The notes: generated by a model from the sequence alone, not told the origin. 64,000 nucleotides of DNA from Octopus bimaculoides (GCF_001194135.2 NC_068984.1:140418915-140482914), one strand, 5' to 3'; positions 37,059 to 50,618 are shown, counted from the stretch's first letter. Numbers and translations: made by a program.

Positions 37059-39745
37059 CTGAGAAGTAATCCATTAGTAACCGAAATGAAAAGAGAAAGA
37101 AAAGAGAAAAATACAATGTATTAGTTAATCATATATAAACATATATACATACACACACTAACAATATTAAAAAAATTTTCTTATAAATATAAAATTTAAA
37201 ATGCAGAAATAAATATTACAATCACTGTCTTAATACAGTTATTTTGCTAACAATATTTGTGGCAATTACAAATCCCACATTACTTCTAGAATGGTTTTAA
37301 GACACTACAGATGGTAAAGTGCATTTAAAGGAAGTTAGTACAGTACAGAGTGGAAGTGGAATGTGTGTGTGTGTGTGTGTGTTTCACAGAAAATAAATTT
37401 TATAAATTTTTACTCCAGGTATTGGTGTACTATTTGTGATGAAGATAATTAAAACTCATCCAAGAAATAAAAGTGTGATGTATAATTTTTCTAGTGTTTG
37501 GTAGAAAATTCAGTAAAAAAAAAAAAAAAATTAAAACAAAAATGTTTTCTTGATACCATGTGAAACTGAAAACAATCTTTTACAGTAATAATAATAATAA
37601 TAATGTATTTAACACTGAATCCTCTATAGAAGTAAGATTTGAACTACACTAGAACTTATTTAGCTCCTGGTCAGCCCCAATCAAGCACATCTATGATGAA
37701 GGGTATTTCAAATATAATGATCCCATTTTTGTTTGCATGTTATTCAATGTGTGTTTCTTTATCTTTTGAAAACATTAAAATGGCTTGAAGGCAATTTGGT
37801 TGTTATTTCCAGCAAAAGAGAAACCTTATAGAGGTAATGTCTGAGAGAAAGTTTTATCCAAAGGAATGATATTGCAATGAGAAATTATAAAATAATTGTT
37901 CCTAATGTAGGCAGCAAATCAAAAATTTTGTGGGTAAATGATTCTGCCTTCATATCTTTGCCACAATTATATATCAAATCTAAGAATATGACAGGAGTTT
38001 TTCCATCCTTATTTAATTTTAGTAGCAGAAATGTTACCCATAATTTTCAATTCTTCTAGATTGGGAAAATAAGAGATAAATAAATTAGGAAGTCTTTATT
38101 TATGTGGTTAATGTTCAGTTTGAATGGATGCAAGTTAGTGGTTAGAGGAGGAAAAAAAACGTAAGTCAGATGGGGTTGTAGAAAAGAAAATTTAAATGAA
38201 GCAAAGTGATTAGTACAGGGTCTAGAGAGAGCAAGACACAAAGTAATAAGGAGGAAAAGATAGGCATAATCAGTCAGCCAAGTTTAGTAACTGGGAGAGG
38301 AAACAATAGAAAGTTTACATTTCATCAAAAAAGGGACTTGGGTTTGGAGACTGCAAGTTCAATGCTTATTTGTCAAGTAAATGATTTTTCGCTGATTATA
38401 TTCTAGAATTAATGTGCACATGCAATGGATATATTGTATTTTATGTATAAACAGCACTTAAACAGCGTAAAACATTTTTCCCAATGTGTAAGGTTGCATT
38501 GTAAGTGTCAGGGAGGGATACAGTTGATGATGGGGGACTAATCCAAACATATTTTACTGACATTCCAGCATTTTATCAGACACTTTACAATCCACTGCTG
38601 TTTGTATGCAAGGAAAAGTGTAGTCGCTCCAAAGAAAATTCCGACAACCTTTTCTTCCGATTTCTGTAGACTCAAGTGAATGATGGAAATTTTCCTTCCC
38701 TATGGAGTACAACCTGGCTTTCAATAAATGATAAAATAATCTATTGGAGGCCAATGATAAAGATATCTTCAACTTGCAAAACTCTAAAGTTAATAAACAA
38801 ATAAGCACCAATAATATTGACTAGGAGGAAATAGGCTGTATTTCTACAAAATTAACTCTTTCAAGTCTTTTACTATTAAGCCATCGACTACACCTACGAA
38901 TTTTAACTGATTCTATCAACTCCAATATTTTCAACTAGTAATGTGGAGGAAAAGCGGTCTTGGTATAAAGGGACGTAACCAAATAAAGTGTTATCTGTTT
39001 TTGATGAACTGATTCTGTTGTAAAGGCCTATACAGAAGGTAAAATCCCAGAGTTTATCTATCAAATTTTACTGACAAAGCTTTTGTCACACTGAGACTAT
39101 AGAAGATACTAGCAGAGAATGTCACAGGTTGTATATAGAATCCTGTCATTATGGAGCAAACTTCTTAATCCCAGAGCCATATGTCTATAATATTAGACAA
39201 GTAGCTAATGCCATGATGAGGTTTCAGCATGAGACACAAAACCTAGTTTCATTTCCCAAACCAAAATATTTTACTTTAGTCGTTTATTTAAAAAAGAAAA
39301 ATAGGCATGAATGTCATTACACTTCAGGCCTCACAAAACTATTGCTATCAGACAAATCTCTGCAAACACTAACTTCCTAAATAGCAGACTCCATAATAAC
39401 ACTGTTGTAGCTATTTCGTGTTGTTGAAAGGTGTTTCTTTCCCTTCCTTGCACACGTGAGTTCATAGTTCGATGTAAGATAAGCAATATTAGACAAACGA
39501 TTCAGTTTGCTCTACATTAGACTCAACTATAGAACAGAAACAAGAAACAAACAAAAAAAAAACAAAAACAAAATTAAATCTTCATTGATTAGTATGAAGC
39601 TAAAGACAGGAAGTTGATTGAACAATCACTAAGACCACTACGCAGGATATCAATCATTTTGGCATGTAGACTGACACATGACAAGCAAATTTTAAGGCAC
39701 AAGGTAATACATCAGCAAATTCAGCAATCATATTTCACCTAAACC

Positions 39746-39777
<32 letters not shown>

Positions 39778-40711
39778 TTTATTGCAACCATTTGCAAAGA
39801 GCATTGGCTGCCATTAAGTTCCTCATCCGTTTCATCAACTCAGAAACATCTTGCTGAGTTCGTTTTTGATCAGCCTGGAGAGCTTAAAACTAAGTTCATA
39901 ACTTTATCTCAAAATTAGAGTACAGACCAGAGGAGCATGAAATAAGGACGACGGTAGGTTTGACAACTTGTTCAGTTAACCCTTTAGTATTTACCAAAAT
40001 ACTAACGGTGTTAGGATAGGTTTATAAGATTGATATAAATTTGATGATTCAAGGAAAACTATGATGTTCCAGTGTGATGTGGTGGTGGTAGGGTTTCTTG
40101 CTAGCAAAAATAACATGCCAACAAACCTGGCTATGGCTGGTTTGAACAAGTGCCACTGGGTTGATCACAGCCAAATTTGGCCCATTTGAATGCTAAAGAG
40201 GATGAAAATAAACATATTGGGACATAATATGGAGGGGAACCTGCCTAATATCAATTGTACAAATTTGGTAAATTATTCCTTATGGATAATGTGAACATCT
40301 AAAGCTATGATATTTGTATGAGCAAGAGGTTAGTAAGTATGTGCATGTGAGTAACAGAATGAGGGAGTTTAAGGACTTAAACTTTAACCTAAGGAAAGAA
40401 ACTTTTCCTGAGATAGATGCAAAGTGACTAATTACAAATATACTTTCTTGATGGTCTGATTAATTCCTTTTGAACAAGGTTAGCTAAACAAAATATGCCT
40501 GGTGGAGAGGAGAGAGAAAAAGAATTCGACTTCTAGATCACAAGTCAATCAATGTACTTGGGTCTCGTTCCTCCCTAGCTCACGTACAAAATAAATGATT
40601 ATTTTGTTTTTAACTAAAGCCTCATTAATACTTAACAAATATTTAAGGTTAGCACCCAGTTTGGCATCACAATCTGGTACTTTCAGTGTCCTGAAAAAAC
40701 TAAATAATCAT

Positions 40712-41075
40712 TATCATCATCATTTAACGTCCATTGTCCATGCTGGCATGGGTTGGACGGTTTGACCAGGGCTGGCCAGCTGGAGGGCTGCACCAGACTC
40801 CAGTCTGATTTGGCATGGTTTTCAGTGGCTGGATGCCCTTCCTAATGCCAACCACTCTGAGGGTGTAATGGGTGCTTTTACGTACCACTGGCATGGGTGG
40901 CATTTGCATGACACCAGCATCTGCCACAACTGCAATTTTGCTTGGCTTAATGGGTCTTCTTCAAGCATGACATAATGCCAAAGGTCTTGGTCATTGCCTC
41001 TGTGAGGCCCAACACTCGAAAAGAACTTGGCCACTGCCTCTAGAGGCCCAATACACAAAAGGAACTCAGCCACTT
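40712..41075 (-). mobile_element. RTE-derived element with ORF2 C-terminal relic and a 40-bp tandem duplication
   Basis: (CAT)n-TTTAACGTCC tail; degenerate remnant of the LGLTEAM...DRDLW segment; 40-bp unit repeated at 40995 and 41035. Confidence 0.7.
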
Positions 41076-43862
41076 TCTAACAAGTTTTCTGCATATATAT
41101 ATATATATATATATATTCCGCATATATATGACCCCTAACATCAATCATTAGTACTTGTTTTTTTTTTTATGTTCAAGCCTGCAGGTGTTTGGCTGTTTCT
41201 GCACATTGAAACACTCACATAAATAACTAAGAGCAGCTGTTGCATTGTGTGGAAGCTGTTTCTGCAACCACTTACACATGGTGTCAGAATAACACTAATT
41301 TCAGATAAAATAATTCCAAGCAAATCACATTACAAAATGATAGCACTTTAATAAAAGTATCTTTAGGCTATTACTCAAGAAGTTTAGCCATTCAACCAAC
41401 TCATGCCCTTGCCTGCCTCTAAAGTTTTGTCCTCTCTCCGTTTCCAACCATTTTTTTTCTTCTTTTAAGTTTAGCTTAAAGTTACCACAATATAGAATAG
41501 CAAAAATCAGACAGCCACACATTAATAAGATACTGGTCTATCAAATTTAGTCTCTCAAGTTCAAAATCCTGGAGGAATTTTCATTGCCTGGAGACAAGAG
41601 TGTTTACTAGATTGTAAGACAAGTACCATTTCTAAACAAAAAAAAAAATTAAGGTATTGAAGAAATGAAAACTACATAATAATAGTTTTGGCACAAGGTT
41701 ATGTTTTGTGTGAAAAGTGTAGTTAGATATATTGACTGCATTACATTGCCTGGTGCTTATTCTAATGACCCTGGCTTGATGAGATGAGGTACAATATCAA
41801 TCACAGCAGTATCTGAACTGAATGTAATACTGCAAAGCATTATATTCAGTTCTTCACTGTTCCCACAACAAATAGTAATAATAATAATACAAAATAAGAG
41901 AAATCATTCTAACCTGGTTAGACTGGAGACAACTTCGCAGATAAGCTGAGTCCTATAAAAACAAAATATTAAATATTAAATTACAAAACAACAAAACACA
42001 TATATCAATGAAGGATAAGCAAAGGGAAGAGACATGAATGTAATTAGTTAATTTCAGTTTATATAATGACAATGCATGGTTTAACTTTCCCCTGAACCTC
42101 CAGAGCAAACAACAGACATCAAGGAATAATATGAACCCTCCACCTCACAAGGCCCAGGCCTAATTTTCATAAAAAGGTTCATCATTCAATCAAATCTAGT
42201 TTATAACTGGGAGTTATTTTATTGATCCATAACCTAATGGTAAAATTTAAGTCAATTGTTGTAGTATTTGATGTCAAAAGAGTTGGCTGAAATAGTCATC
42301 CAGTCTGATACTGTCTTGAAGCCAATGCATTTAACTAAACAAACAAAGAATTTTAATAACCGAAACATCAGTACTTTCCTATCATTGACAGCCAATTACA
42401 TATTTACAAAAGGATTAATGAATAAACTATAACAGACACTCATGAGATAGGTGTCGAAGACGAAAAAGGGTAAGGAATTGAGTGGTTGTTTCCTTCTGTG
42501 AAAGGAATTTTTATCCAACCAATATTTTCTTTTTATTTTTTGCCCTCCAATTTCATGCACTTTTGCAATAAATTTTTACTGGTATTTTTCTCTCTGAGGA
42601 ACTAATACCGATTTCAAAACTCAAACGATCAACTATTACACACATTTCATGAGTGTAATAGTAGATTTACTAATACATTAGTAAAGAAAAAAACTGGCTG
42701 TTGATAATAGGTTACTAAGGATTCAGAATTACATTAAAATAGTTGCTTTTTTGAAATCATACAAACACAAAAAGGTGTTAGATCCTCAACAAACCCATAC
42801 TTCTTGCTCACCCTATTCTCTTTTTTCTTTTTAAGCAGGTTACATCGTAGCATACTAGGGTAAAAACCAATCAGATTATATATAAAATGAGTGCATGTTG
42901 ATCTAAGTACAAAATAGTTTCGGTTTCCCAAATTGCAAATAGACTTTCCCTAGCTGACTGTCCTACTCTAATTATAGAGAAAAAAAAATCTGATAAAGAA
43001 TGTCCAGATTATGGAAAGGAAATATTTATAACAGATTATTAATTATTTAAGTCTTCCGGTACATTTAAGCTACTTCTTCATTAAGGATCTATGCTCATAA
43101 TAATAATAATAAAAAAGATTAAAAAACGTTCACTGCCACAGGAGTCATGCAACAACATGTCAATTCATGTCAAATCAAGTTTAAGCTAAGACAACAGACA
43201 AAAAATGCACATCCACAACAGTTTCCTGCTTATTACAAAAGCTACTCAATGGAAACATAACTTTAACTTCTGCACACATACAACATAGAGTAGAGACTGA
43301 GAGAGAAGGAACATCATCCATACTCAATACAAAGGGAATGTGAAAGAACAACAGATCGGTTGACTAATTAAGCTGAAGATTTGTCCAATAGCAAAATATA
43401 GTTAGAATAAAATTTGACTAGAAAAACAAACAAAAAAAATTTTTTTAAATAAGAAAATAAAATAAAGAGAGAAATGAAGATTCGTGCAAAATGGAATTAT
43501 AATTCCTGATAACAGATAATACAATTATTTACCAAAGAATAAATATGTTGACCAACCATGGCTTGCTTCTTTTGGAGAAATAAGCAAGTCTATAGTGGAA
43601 GCTATCTGACATTTTGAATTCATATTAAACTCAGAAGTATGTCTAAGCATCACACATTAATATATTAATCTGTTTATTCCTTATTTTATCACAAAAATTA
43701 CAAAATTACAAGTTACCAAATTCAACAGATGTAATATTTTTCCTGAAACCTCTTAGAGACATACATACATCTTTGACAAGTTAAAATTATATTTTGAACT
43801 TTATCATAGCCTGATCCCAAATACGAAACTGGTCAAGTTCTTAATGACTTATTTTACATTAT

Positions 43863-44392
43863 TTTTGTCAGGTCGCTCTTGAGCGCTACTGGTAACACCT
43901 GTCACATGGTTGGGTCATCGGCGACTAAACTGGCAACCCCATCAAGCTTGCTTGGTGAGGAGAGTGATTGTTGGACACCCTGCAGGACGAAAAATAAGAC
44001 CCATCAAAGGGCAGAAGAACTACTGTGTCGTCAACAGCCAATTCAACAAGTACCTTGTTGTGGTGAAGTGCCTGTATGCTCCATTGACCTGGAGAGCAAT
44101 GCTGGAGGGAAAAAAATCTTCAGGCAGGTTTTACCAGGCCAGACAAGTCAAAGGGTAAGAGACAGACAAAACCGTAACGACAATAAATTGAAGCGTTGGC
44201 AGCAGGGCAAGGATTTAGCTATCGGCAGGACCAAACAGATCAGATTCCTGGCTTTGAACTAGCAGGATGTCATGCAGAGAATCTTGAATACAAGACAGTG
44301 GATGAGACCCTAATATTCCTAGTTAGATGGAAACTGTGAGACCACATGGAGCAGCGCCTTGTGACTCCTATAGTATGCGCAACCGAATGAGA
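43863..44392 (+). mobile_element. possible internally deleted (bipartite) RTE-derived element
   Basis: GC-richer island. 5' part resembles a LINE 5' leader and the 3' part resembles an RTE terminus (TTWSSAL...). Possible TSD TTTACAT(T/A)AT at 43853-43862 and 44393-44402. Confidence 0.4.
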
Positions 44393-45708
44393 TTTACATA
44401 ATTACACTTACAAAACATCAGATGCTTCACAAAATGGAAAAGTATGCTAGCCAGAGCTTAATAAATGTCATCTATAATCTTACTCACTAACCCAAATGAA
44501 GTGGAATCAAAGTTAGCTTTTCAGTTTTTGATTTCTTATAATATACAAACCAATGATAAAAACAGTAGCTGTCGTAACACATTGCAAATATGAAACTGAG
44601 AATGAAAATAAATTTCAAAAAATACAGTTATTTAAAATCTCCATGTCCTCATCATGGTTTTAGGGTGCTTTTTCTCTGTTCTGGTATAAGGCTGGACTGG
44701 TCAACAATACAGTAAATTTCCACAAATGCTCAAATCCTGTTATCTCTCATCTGTGAACTTAATAATGTTCTGAAGCTGTGTCAGTTTCTTCTTCAGATAC
44801 CTCAACTGTGGGCGTCCACCAAGCTTTCATGTCATTGCAATGTAACCATGTCCCCTGCTACATTGACCGAACAATTTTTCATCCTCGGCTGTTATTGTTA
44901 TTTTTGAATATTGTATTATTGAATAGAAAAAAAAATTAAAAAAACAAAACCAAGCTATAATAATAAAAATCAGGATTTACCCTTCTTAATCACAAGATTA
45001 CACAACCAATAACATCATGATACCATTTTAAGTATTTTTTTTTATTATGTAAATTACCAACAGTAAATTGAGTAAATTTAAGACACTACTTTCCAAGTCA
45101 TAGGACTCAGAGCCAGTCACCCAGTTTCCTGAAAAGTGCCTCAGATCGCAACACAGCCAATGAACAGGGTTTAAGGCAGACAAATCAGTCGATCTCCAAT
45201 TCCAATGAGTAATTTGTTTGCCAACCAATGGAATAATTTACTCATTGAAGGTGAGTAATTAGCATTAGCTGAGTATTCCATATACATGTACTCTTAATGG
45301 ATGTTTCAGGCAGAATCAACGAGATGCAGAATGTGACAAAATTAGACTTTGTTGAATTACAGGTACAATCCATCCAGCAGGCTCTGGCAGTTTCCATCTC
45401 CCCCATTTCACTCACAAATTATGCATCAAATATAAAGCTTTGGTGAAAAAAAAAACCACTTGTCCAGGATGCTCTGCAGTGGAACTGAACCCAGGGCTTT
45501 GTGATTGCAATGTGAACTTCTTTAATCATTCTGCCATGTTGCATCCCAAAGAGAGGCAAGTATCAAATAATAATAATAATAATAATGATAATAAACATAT
45601 ATTAAAGCATATAAATAAACAGCAATAATGTATGAATCATAATTGTACAATGTAAATAAAACTGTTTTTCAAGGTTGCAAACAAAATAACATCCAAAACG
45701 ATGCTTAC

Positions 45709-45776
45709 TTGTTGAGGTTGATGCAAATAATGATCGAAGTCCTCGTTTTTTACTTCTTTTGCTGAGCCATTGGCCA
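45709..45776 (-). CDS. YTHDF: YTHDF coding exon 3 (VANGSAKEVKNEDFDHYLHQPQQ)
   Basis: TTTTTCCAG acceptor and GTAAGC donor, 68 nt, phase 1/0. Homologous to vertebrate VQNGS...DDDFEPYL. Confidence 0.92.
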
Positions 45777-46869
45777 CTGGAAAAATTGAAAAAAAACAGT
45801 TTATTGTTATTAGGTAAACTGGAAAAGAATGCAGCAGAATAATAAATGCTAATGAATTACATCTGAACATCACTGAGAGACAAAACAATTTTACAATGAA
45901 TCTTAATACTGTTTATTGCTATTAAAAAGTCATTAAATTTGAAGATGGTCCTTTTAATGAAAGAGATAGTGTATTTATATTCAATGACAAATTGTCCAGT
46001 CAACCAGTCAATCTCACATTTACATCTCATGCAATCCATTAGAATTTCTCGGATGGATTTCCAAAATTCGGAGTAAATTCGAGGAACAAACATTGTAAGT
46101 TTGACTGACCACATCAGGCCCACCAAAGATTCTGTTTTATGTTCAAATTTGCCAGATCAAACCTCTGACACCTACCCTACAATATCATTCTAAAAATAAA
46201 CAATCACAACACTGAAAGCTACAGGATAACGCATGAGTAATTCAAAACAACGTGAATAAATATGCATTACATTTGACAGAGTAATCTGAATGCTAAAGGG
46301 TTAAAGTAATGGATTTCTGACCACATCGGCTTCAAGTTCAAAACTTCATGACTGAAATCATTCACATTATTTAATGCCCACTTTTCCATGCTTGCAAACG
46401 GAAGACTGGCACTCTAATGATTCTGCCAGCTCACCATAGTAATAATAATAATAATACTAATCTCCTACACCAATATAAGGTTACCAACCTGTAGAAAGAT
46501 AGATTTAATACACTCTCAGCTTATTCAATTAATTAATCCCTTCTATTATTCCCAATGGCTACAATGTTAGAACAAAAATAATTTCTATCACAGGCACAGG
46601 ACTCCAGGGTTCATTCTTTTTGTATGGGGGTGGGGAAATATTAATAGAAGCAAGCTCCCAGTGAGCCAAGACCAAAGATCTTGACACAATTTCAGATGGT
46701 AAAGTAATTTCCACTTCATTTAAGCTACTAATTAACATCTTTTGAGGAAAACAATGCTTCATTTCTCATAAAGAAAAACAGAACCCAAAAGGCCTTGTGT
46801 CAAATCAAACGAAACAATATTTCAATACTCAAAATAATAATAACATAAAGAAAACACTGATGCTTGAAA

Positions 46870-46871
<2 letters not shown>

Positions 46872-46931
<60 letters not shown>
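46872..46931. repeat. (GA)n microsatellite, (CT)n on the transcribed strand just downstream of microexon 2
   Basis: Direct reading. Confidence 0.95.
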
Positions 46932-46932
<1 letters not shown>

Positions 46933-46955
46933 GAAAAAGAAAAGAAATTAAATAC

Positions 46956-46980
46956 CTTGATTTGCTTGACCTTTTGCTCT
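46956..46980 (-). CDS. YTHDF: YTHDF coding exon 2, 25-nt microexon (RAKGQANQ + first base of V)
   Basis: CACCAG|AGAGCAAAAGGTCAAGCAAATCAAG|GTATTT. Matches vertebrate RPKGQGNK-V in sequence, length and phase 0/1. Confidence 0.9.
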
Positions 46981-47233
46981 CTGGTGTTTCATGGACAATG
47001 TTGGAGAAAAAAAATGAAAGATATTTATTAGAAAATGAAAGGACAAGAGATTAACATAACATTTAGTCATTAAGCATAATGCATCATGATTTAAAGGAAC
47101 CACTTTGTGTCATACAAGAACCAACAGAAGATGCAAACTATTCAGATCTTTTCAAATAAAAAATATATACATAGTTGCGTTTCAGATATATTACTTCTGC
47201 TTGTTTGGACAAAAGATTTTCTTTTTTTATAAA

Positions 47234-47433
47234 CCCTTTTGATACCAACCTACCTGAAACCAGAGCTGGTTGTTTTAAAGTGATCTAAATTAAAACCTGC
47301 CTTCAAAACTTCAAGTTAATTCATGTTCCAGGAACCAGTATAAAACAGATTATTTTGCTAAATTATTCAATAGTTTCAAAATAACTGAACCAAAGACAGT
47401 GTATTTCAATTGAAATATGGCAACAAAAGGGGG
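47234..47433. mobile_element. piggyBac-like MITE, family 3
   Basis: CCCTTTTGATACC...GGCAACAAAAGGGGG|TTAA. A related fragment lies near 24940-25060. Confidence 0.5.
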
Positions 47434-47736
47434 TTAAGTTGACTGTTTGGTTTTTAAACAACTAAGCAATGTGTATGTGTGTGTGTGTTCTATTGTTGAC
47501 AGGACACAGTTCCGCTACTACAGACATATGAAAGGTGTGTTTGTGTAGGTGTGTGTGTGAGCATGTAATCCCCTAAACCAATATTTTATTTTTCTATTCC
47601 GAAAGAGATGATAAATAATAAGAAATATTCGATATAGACAATCTTTTTGTTAAGATCCAATGTATCATTCTTCTTACCAGCTTACTGAAGCACCATTAAC
47701 AGTATTAAAAGCAATAAATAAGTGGAAAATGTTTCA

Positions 47737-47969
47737 AGGTGGTGAGCTGGCAGAAATGTTACCCTGCCGGGCGAAATGCTTAGTGGTATTCCGTCTGCCG
47801 CTACGTTCTGAGTTCAAATTCTGCTGAGGTCGACTACGCCTTCCATCCTTTCGGGGTCGATAAATTAAGTACCAGTTACGCACTGGGGTAGATGTAATCG
47901 ACTTAATCCCTTTGTCTGTCCTTGTTTGTCCCCTCTATGTTTAGCCCCTTGTGGGCAATAAAAAAATAA
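47737..47969 (+). mobile_element. tRNA-derived SINE, family C (near intact)
   Basis: GAGCTGGCAGAA head, GTTCTGAGTTCAAATTC B box and CCTTCCATCCTTTCGGGGTCGATAAATTAAGTACCAG body. Perfect 12-bp TSD GAAAATGTTTCA. Confidence 0.9.
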
Positions 47970-48102
47970 GAAAATGTTTCACCAACAACAATTTTACAAG
48001 ATGGAACTAAATATTCAAGAGTTATATTTAATTTGGGAATAAGAATATATACAAGTTGATGCCATATTTTTAATGTATATAAACTGGCATTCAAAAAGTT
48101 TA

Positions 48103-48530
48103 CAGGCATGGCTGTGTAGTAAGAAGCCTGCTTTCCAACCACATGGCTCCAGGTTCAGTCCCACTGTATGGCACTTCGGGCAAGTGTCTTAATATAGCTC
48201 AGGTTGACCAAAGCCCTGTGAGTGGATATGGTAGATGGAAACTGAAAGAAGGCTGTTACATATATATATATATATTCATGCAAACACCTGTGTGTGCGTG
48301 TGTGTGTCTTTGTGCCTGTACCTGCACCCCCATCACCACTATAGCTTGACAACTGGTGTCGGTGTGTTTAAATTCTTGTAACTTAACAATTTGGCAAAAG
48401 ACACCGATAGAATAAGTGCTAGGCTTTAATAAAAGAAAAGTCCTGGGGTCAATTCGTTCAACTAAAACCCTTCCAGGTGGTGTCCCAGCATAGCCACAAT
48501 CTAATGACTGAAACAAGTAAAAAAACAACA
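48103..48530 (+). mobile_element. tRNA-derived SINE, family B1 (head, (TA/TG)n hinge, tail 1)
   Basis: GGCATGGCTGTGTAGTAAG A box, GGTTCAGTCCC B box, GGAAACTGAAAGAAG block, then TTGACAAC...GATAGAATAAGT...CCAGCAT...ATGACTGAAACAAG. Confidence 0.9.
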
Positions 48531-50122
48531 ACAAAAGGTTACAAATTCATGTGTGTGTATGTTTGCACATGCATGCACATGTGCCTTGGACATCGTTTTA
48601 CGTCCTCCTTCCATGCTGGCATGGGTTGGACGGTTTCACAGGAGCTGGCCAGGCAGGAGCCTTCACCAGACTTGTGTGTTTGTTTTGGCAGGGATTTTAC
48701 GGCTGGTTCTCACAACTTTTATTTGATGCATTGTATACAAGGCCCACATAATGATGCCAGTTGTAATTATAGAAAAGCACATTATTAAGAAACTGGTCAT
48801 ATCATTTGATATATTCGAGAGAGAGAAACATACTGGTTGTAATAGCAGACATGTGATATGAACAGATAAATGTAAAGTTCTAAATGAACGGCACCAATTT
48901 AAGTGTTAGAGGTACACTATGGAAAACTTAAGGTAATATATACTACAAAAAATAAACACACACACACAAGCAAAAGAAACCAATGGTAATGAGGTTACTT
49001 TAACTGAAAGAGATTTTATACATGCAACCTTTTTAACTTCTGTCCAAATTATATTAAAAAAATATGAGTGGTAAATATACATTGGATAACAACTATTTCT
49101 GGAATGATTTACAGAATGGAATGTGCAAAAAATTTCATGCCTACATTCCTGAGGGGGTGTGTGCGTGTGTGAAAGAGAGAGGGGGAGACAGAGAGGAATG
49201 GGGGGGAGAAAGAGAGAGGAAATAAGTATTATATAGATTTTAAAAAGGACAAGTAACTCAAGTGCACAACGCCAAAATGAGAAAATGTTTGTCATAGATA
49301 AGTGTAACAAGGTCTTGAATTCAAAATTGGTCAAATCAATTCTTTTATATAGATCTAGAAGCGATATGTTTCAAAAATAAACATTTCCCATCATGTAAAT
49401 GTTTTCCATTGCCACATGAGGATCCATGGGGCTGGTGCTTCATTTAATTGTATTAAACAAGGATTTCATCTCTTTCCACTTGAAAAAGATGTCACTATGT
49501 CAGAGAGGATATTTCCAGCTGATCTAGCATCTATTCCAGACAATGAGGCTGACACACATATAGATAATGGTGCTTTCCTTTTATCGGCAGCCAACTATTT
49601 ACTGTAGGATAAATAAATAAACTATTACACTCATGAGACATGTAATAGTTGATCAGTAGACTTTCAGGATAGCTATCACTACCTCGTGGAGAAGGAAAAG
49701 CACAATGAACTATATATATATATAAATCAGTGTTCAAATGAGCAGCAGCACTAGATGTGACTCCAAAAGCTACATTACCAATATAATCCATTATATAAAA
49801 GAAGCTGATGCAACAAAACAATAACATTTAAAAAGAGAATAATATATTGACAGGTAAAGACTAATCCAGCCCTTGTGCCCCACTGAGAGAAAATTTACAA
49901 GCTAAGGAGCAAAACATTTGTGACCCTAATATATTTGCTGATGATACAGAAGGGATTGCAACTTTGTGATGGATTCAGAGGAAGAACTTGCAATAATACC
50001 TCCTAGTAATCTCCAATGTTTATTTCATCTACTGGGCAGGTTATACGCTATTATACTCCAGAATATAAAATGTAATTTTAAGTTTTAAAAAGGGACTGCA
50101 ATCATGTAGCTTTATGTCTAAA

Positions 50123-50384
50123 ATAATAAAAATAAATGCGCCCTTTTAAAGCCTAGCCAGGCTCATGGGCCCGGTCTCCCTGTTTCAATGGCATATGTGC
50201 TCCCCAGCTGGACGGGACGCCAGTCCATCGCAGCGTTACTCATTTTTGCCAGCTGAGTGGACTGGAGAAACGTGAAATGAAGTGTTTTGCTCAAGAACAC
50301 AACACGTCGCCCGGTTCAGGAATCAAAACCACAATTTTACGATCATGATGCTGACACCCTAACCACTAAGCCACGCGCCTCCAC
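50123..50384 (-). mobile_element. V-domain SINE (tRNA head plus V-SINE core)
   Basis: Minus strand GGCGCGTGGCTTAGTGGTTAGG head, GTGTTCTTGAGCAAAACACTT block and TGCGATGGACTGGCGTCCCGTCCAG V-type motif. 15-bp TSD AGCT(T/C)TATGTCTAAA. Degenerate copy at ~27330-27600. Confidence 0.8.
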
Positions 50385-50618
50385 AGCTCTATGTCTAAAC
50401 AAAGAGGAATTTTTTCTTTATTACTTTTTAATTGTTTTGTAACAATATTTGTTAAAAAAACACGGTTCAATAAATTTTTAAAATATGAAGAAGTTATTAA
50501 AATAACTCATTTATTAAGCTGATGTTTGGAATATAAATTAGCAGGAACATTTGATGGAAGGTTTCAATCAGGATCACTTTAAAACAGGGAATGCGTTTCA
50601 TAGAATCAGACGGGTTGG

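Noticed and set aside
44801-44888. Second poison exon candidate in intron 3
   Set aside because: The acceptor AG is about 35 nt from the pyrimidine tract and the donor (GTATCT) is weak.
49416-49607. Protein-like 63-aa ORF
   Set aside because: No recognisable motif and no convincing splice sites; cannot be supported without a database search.
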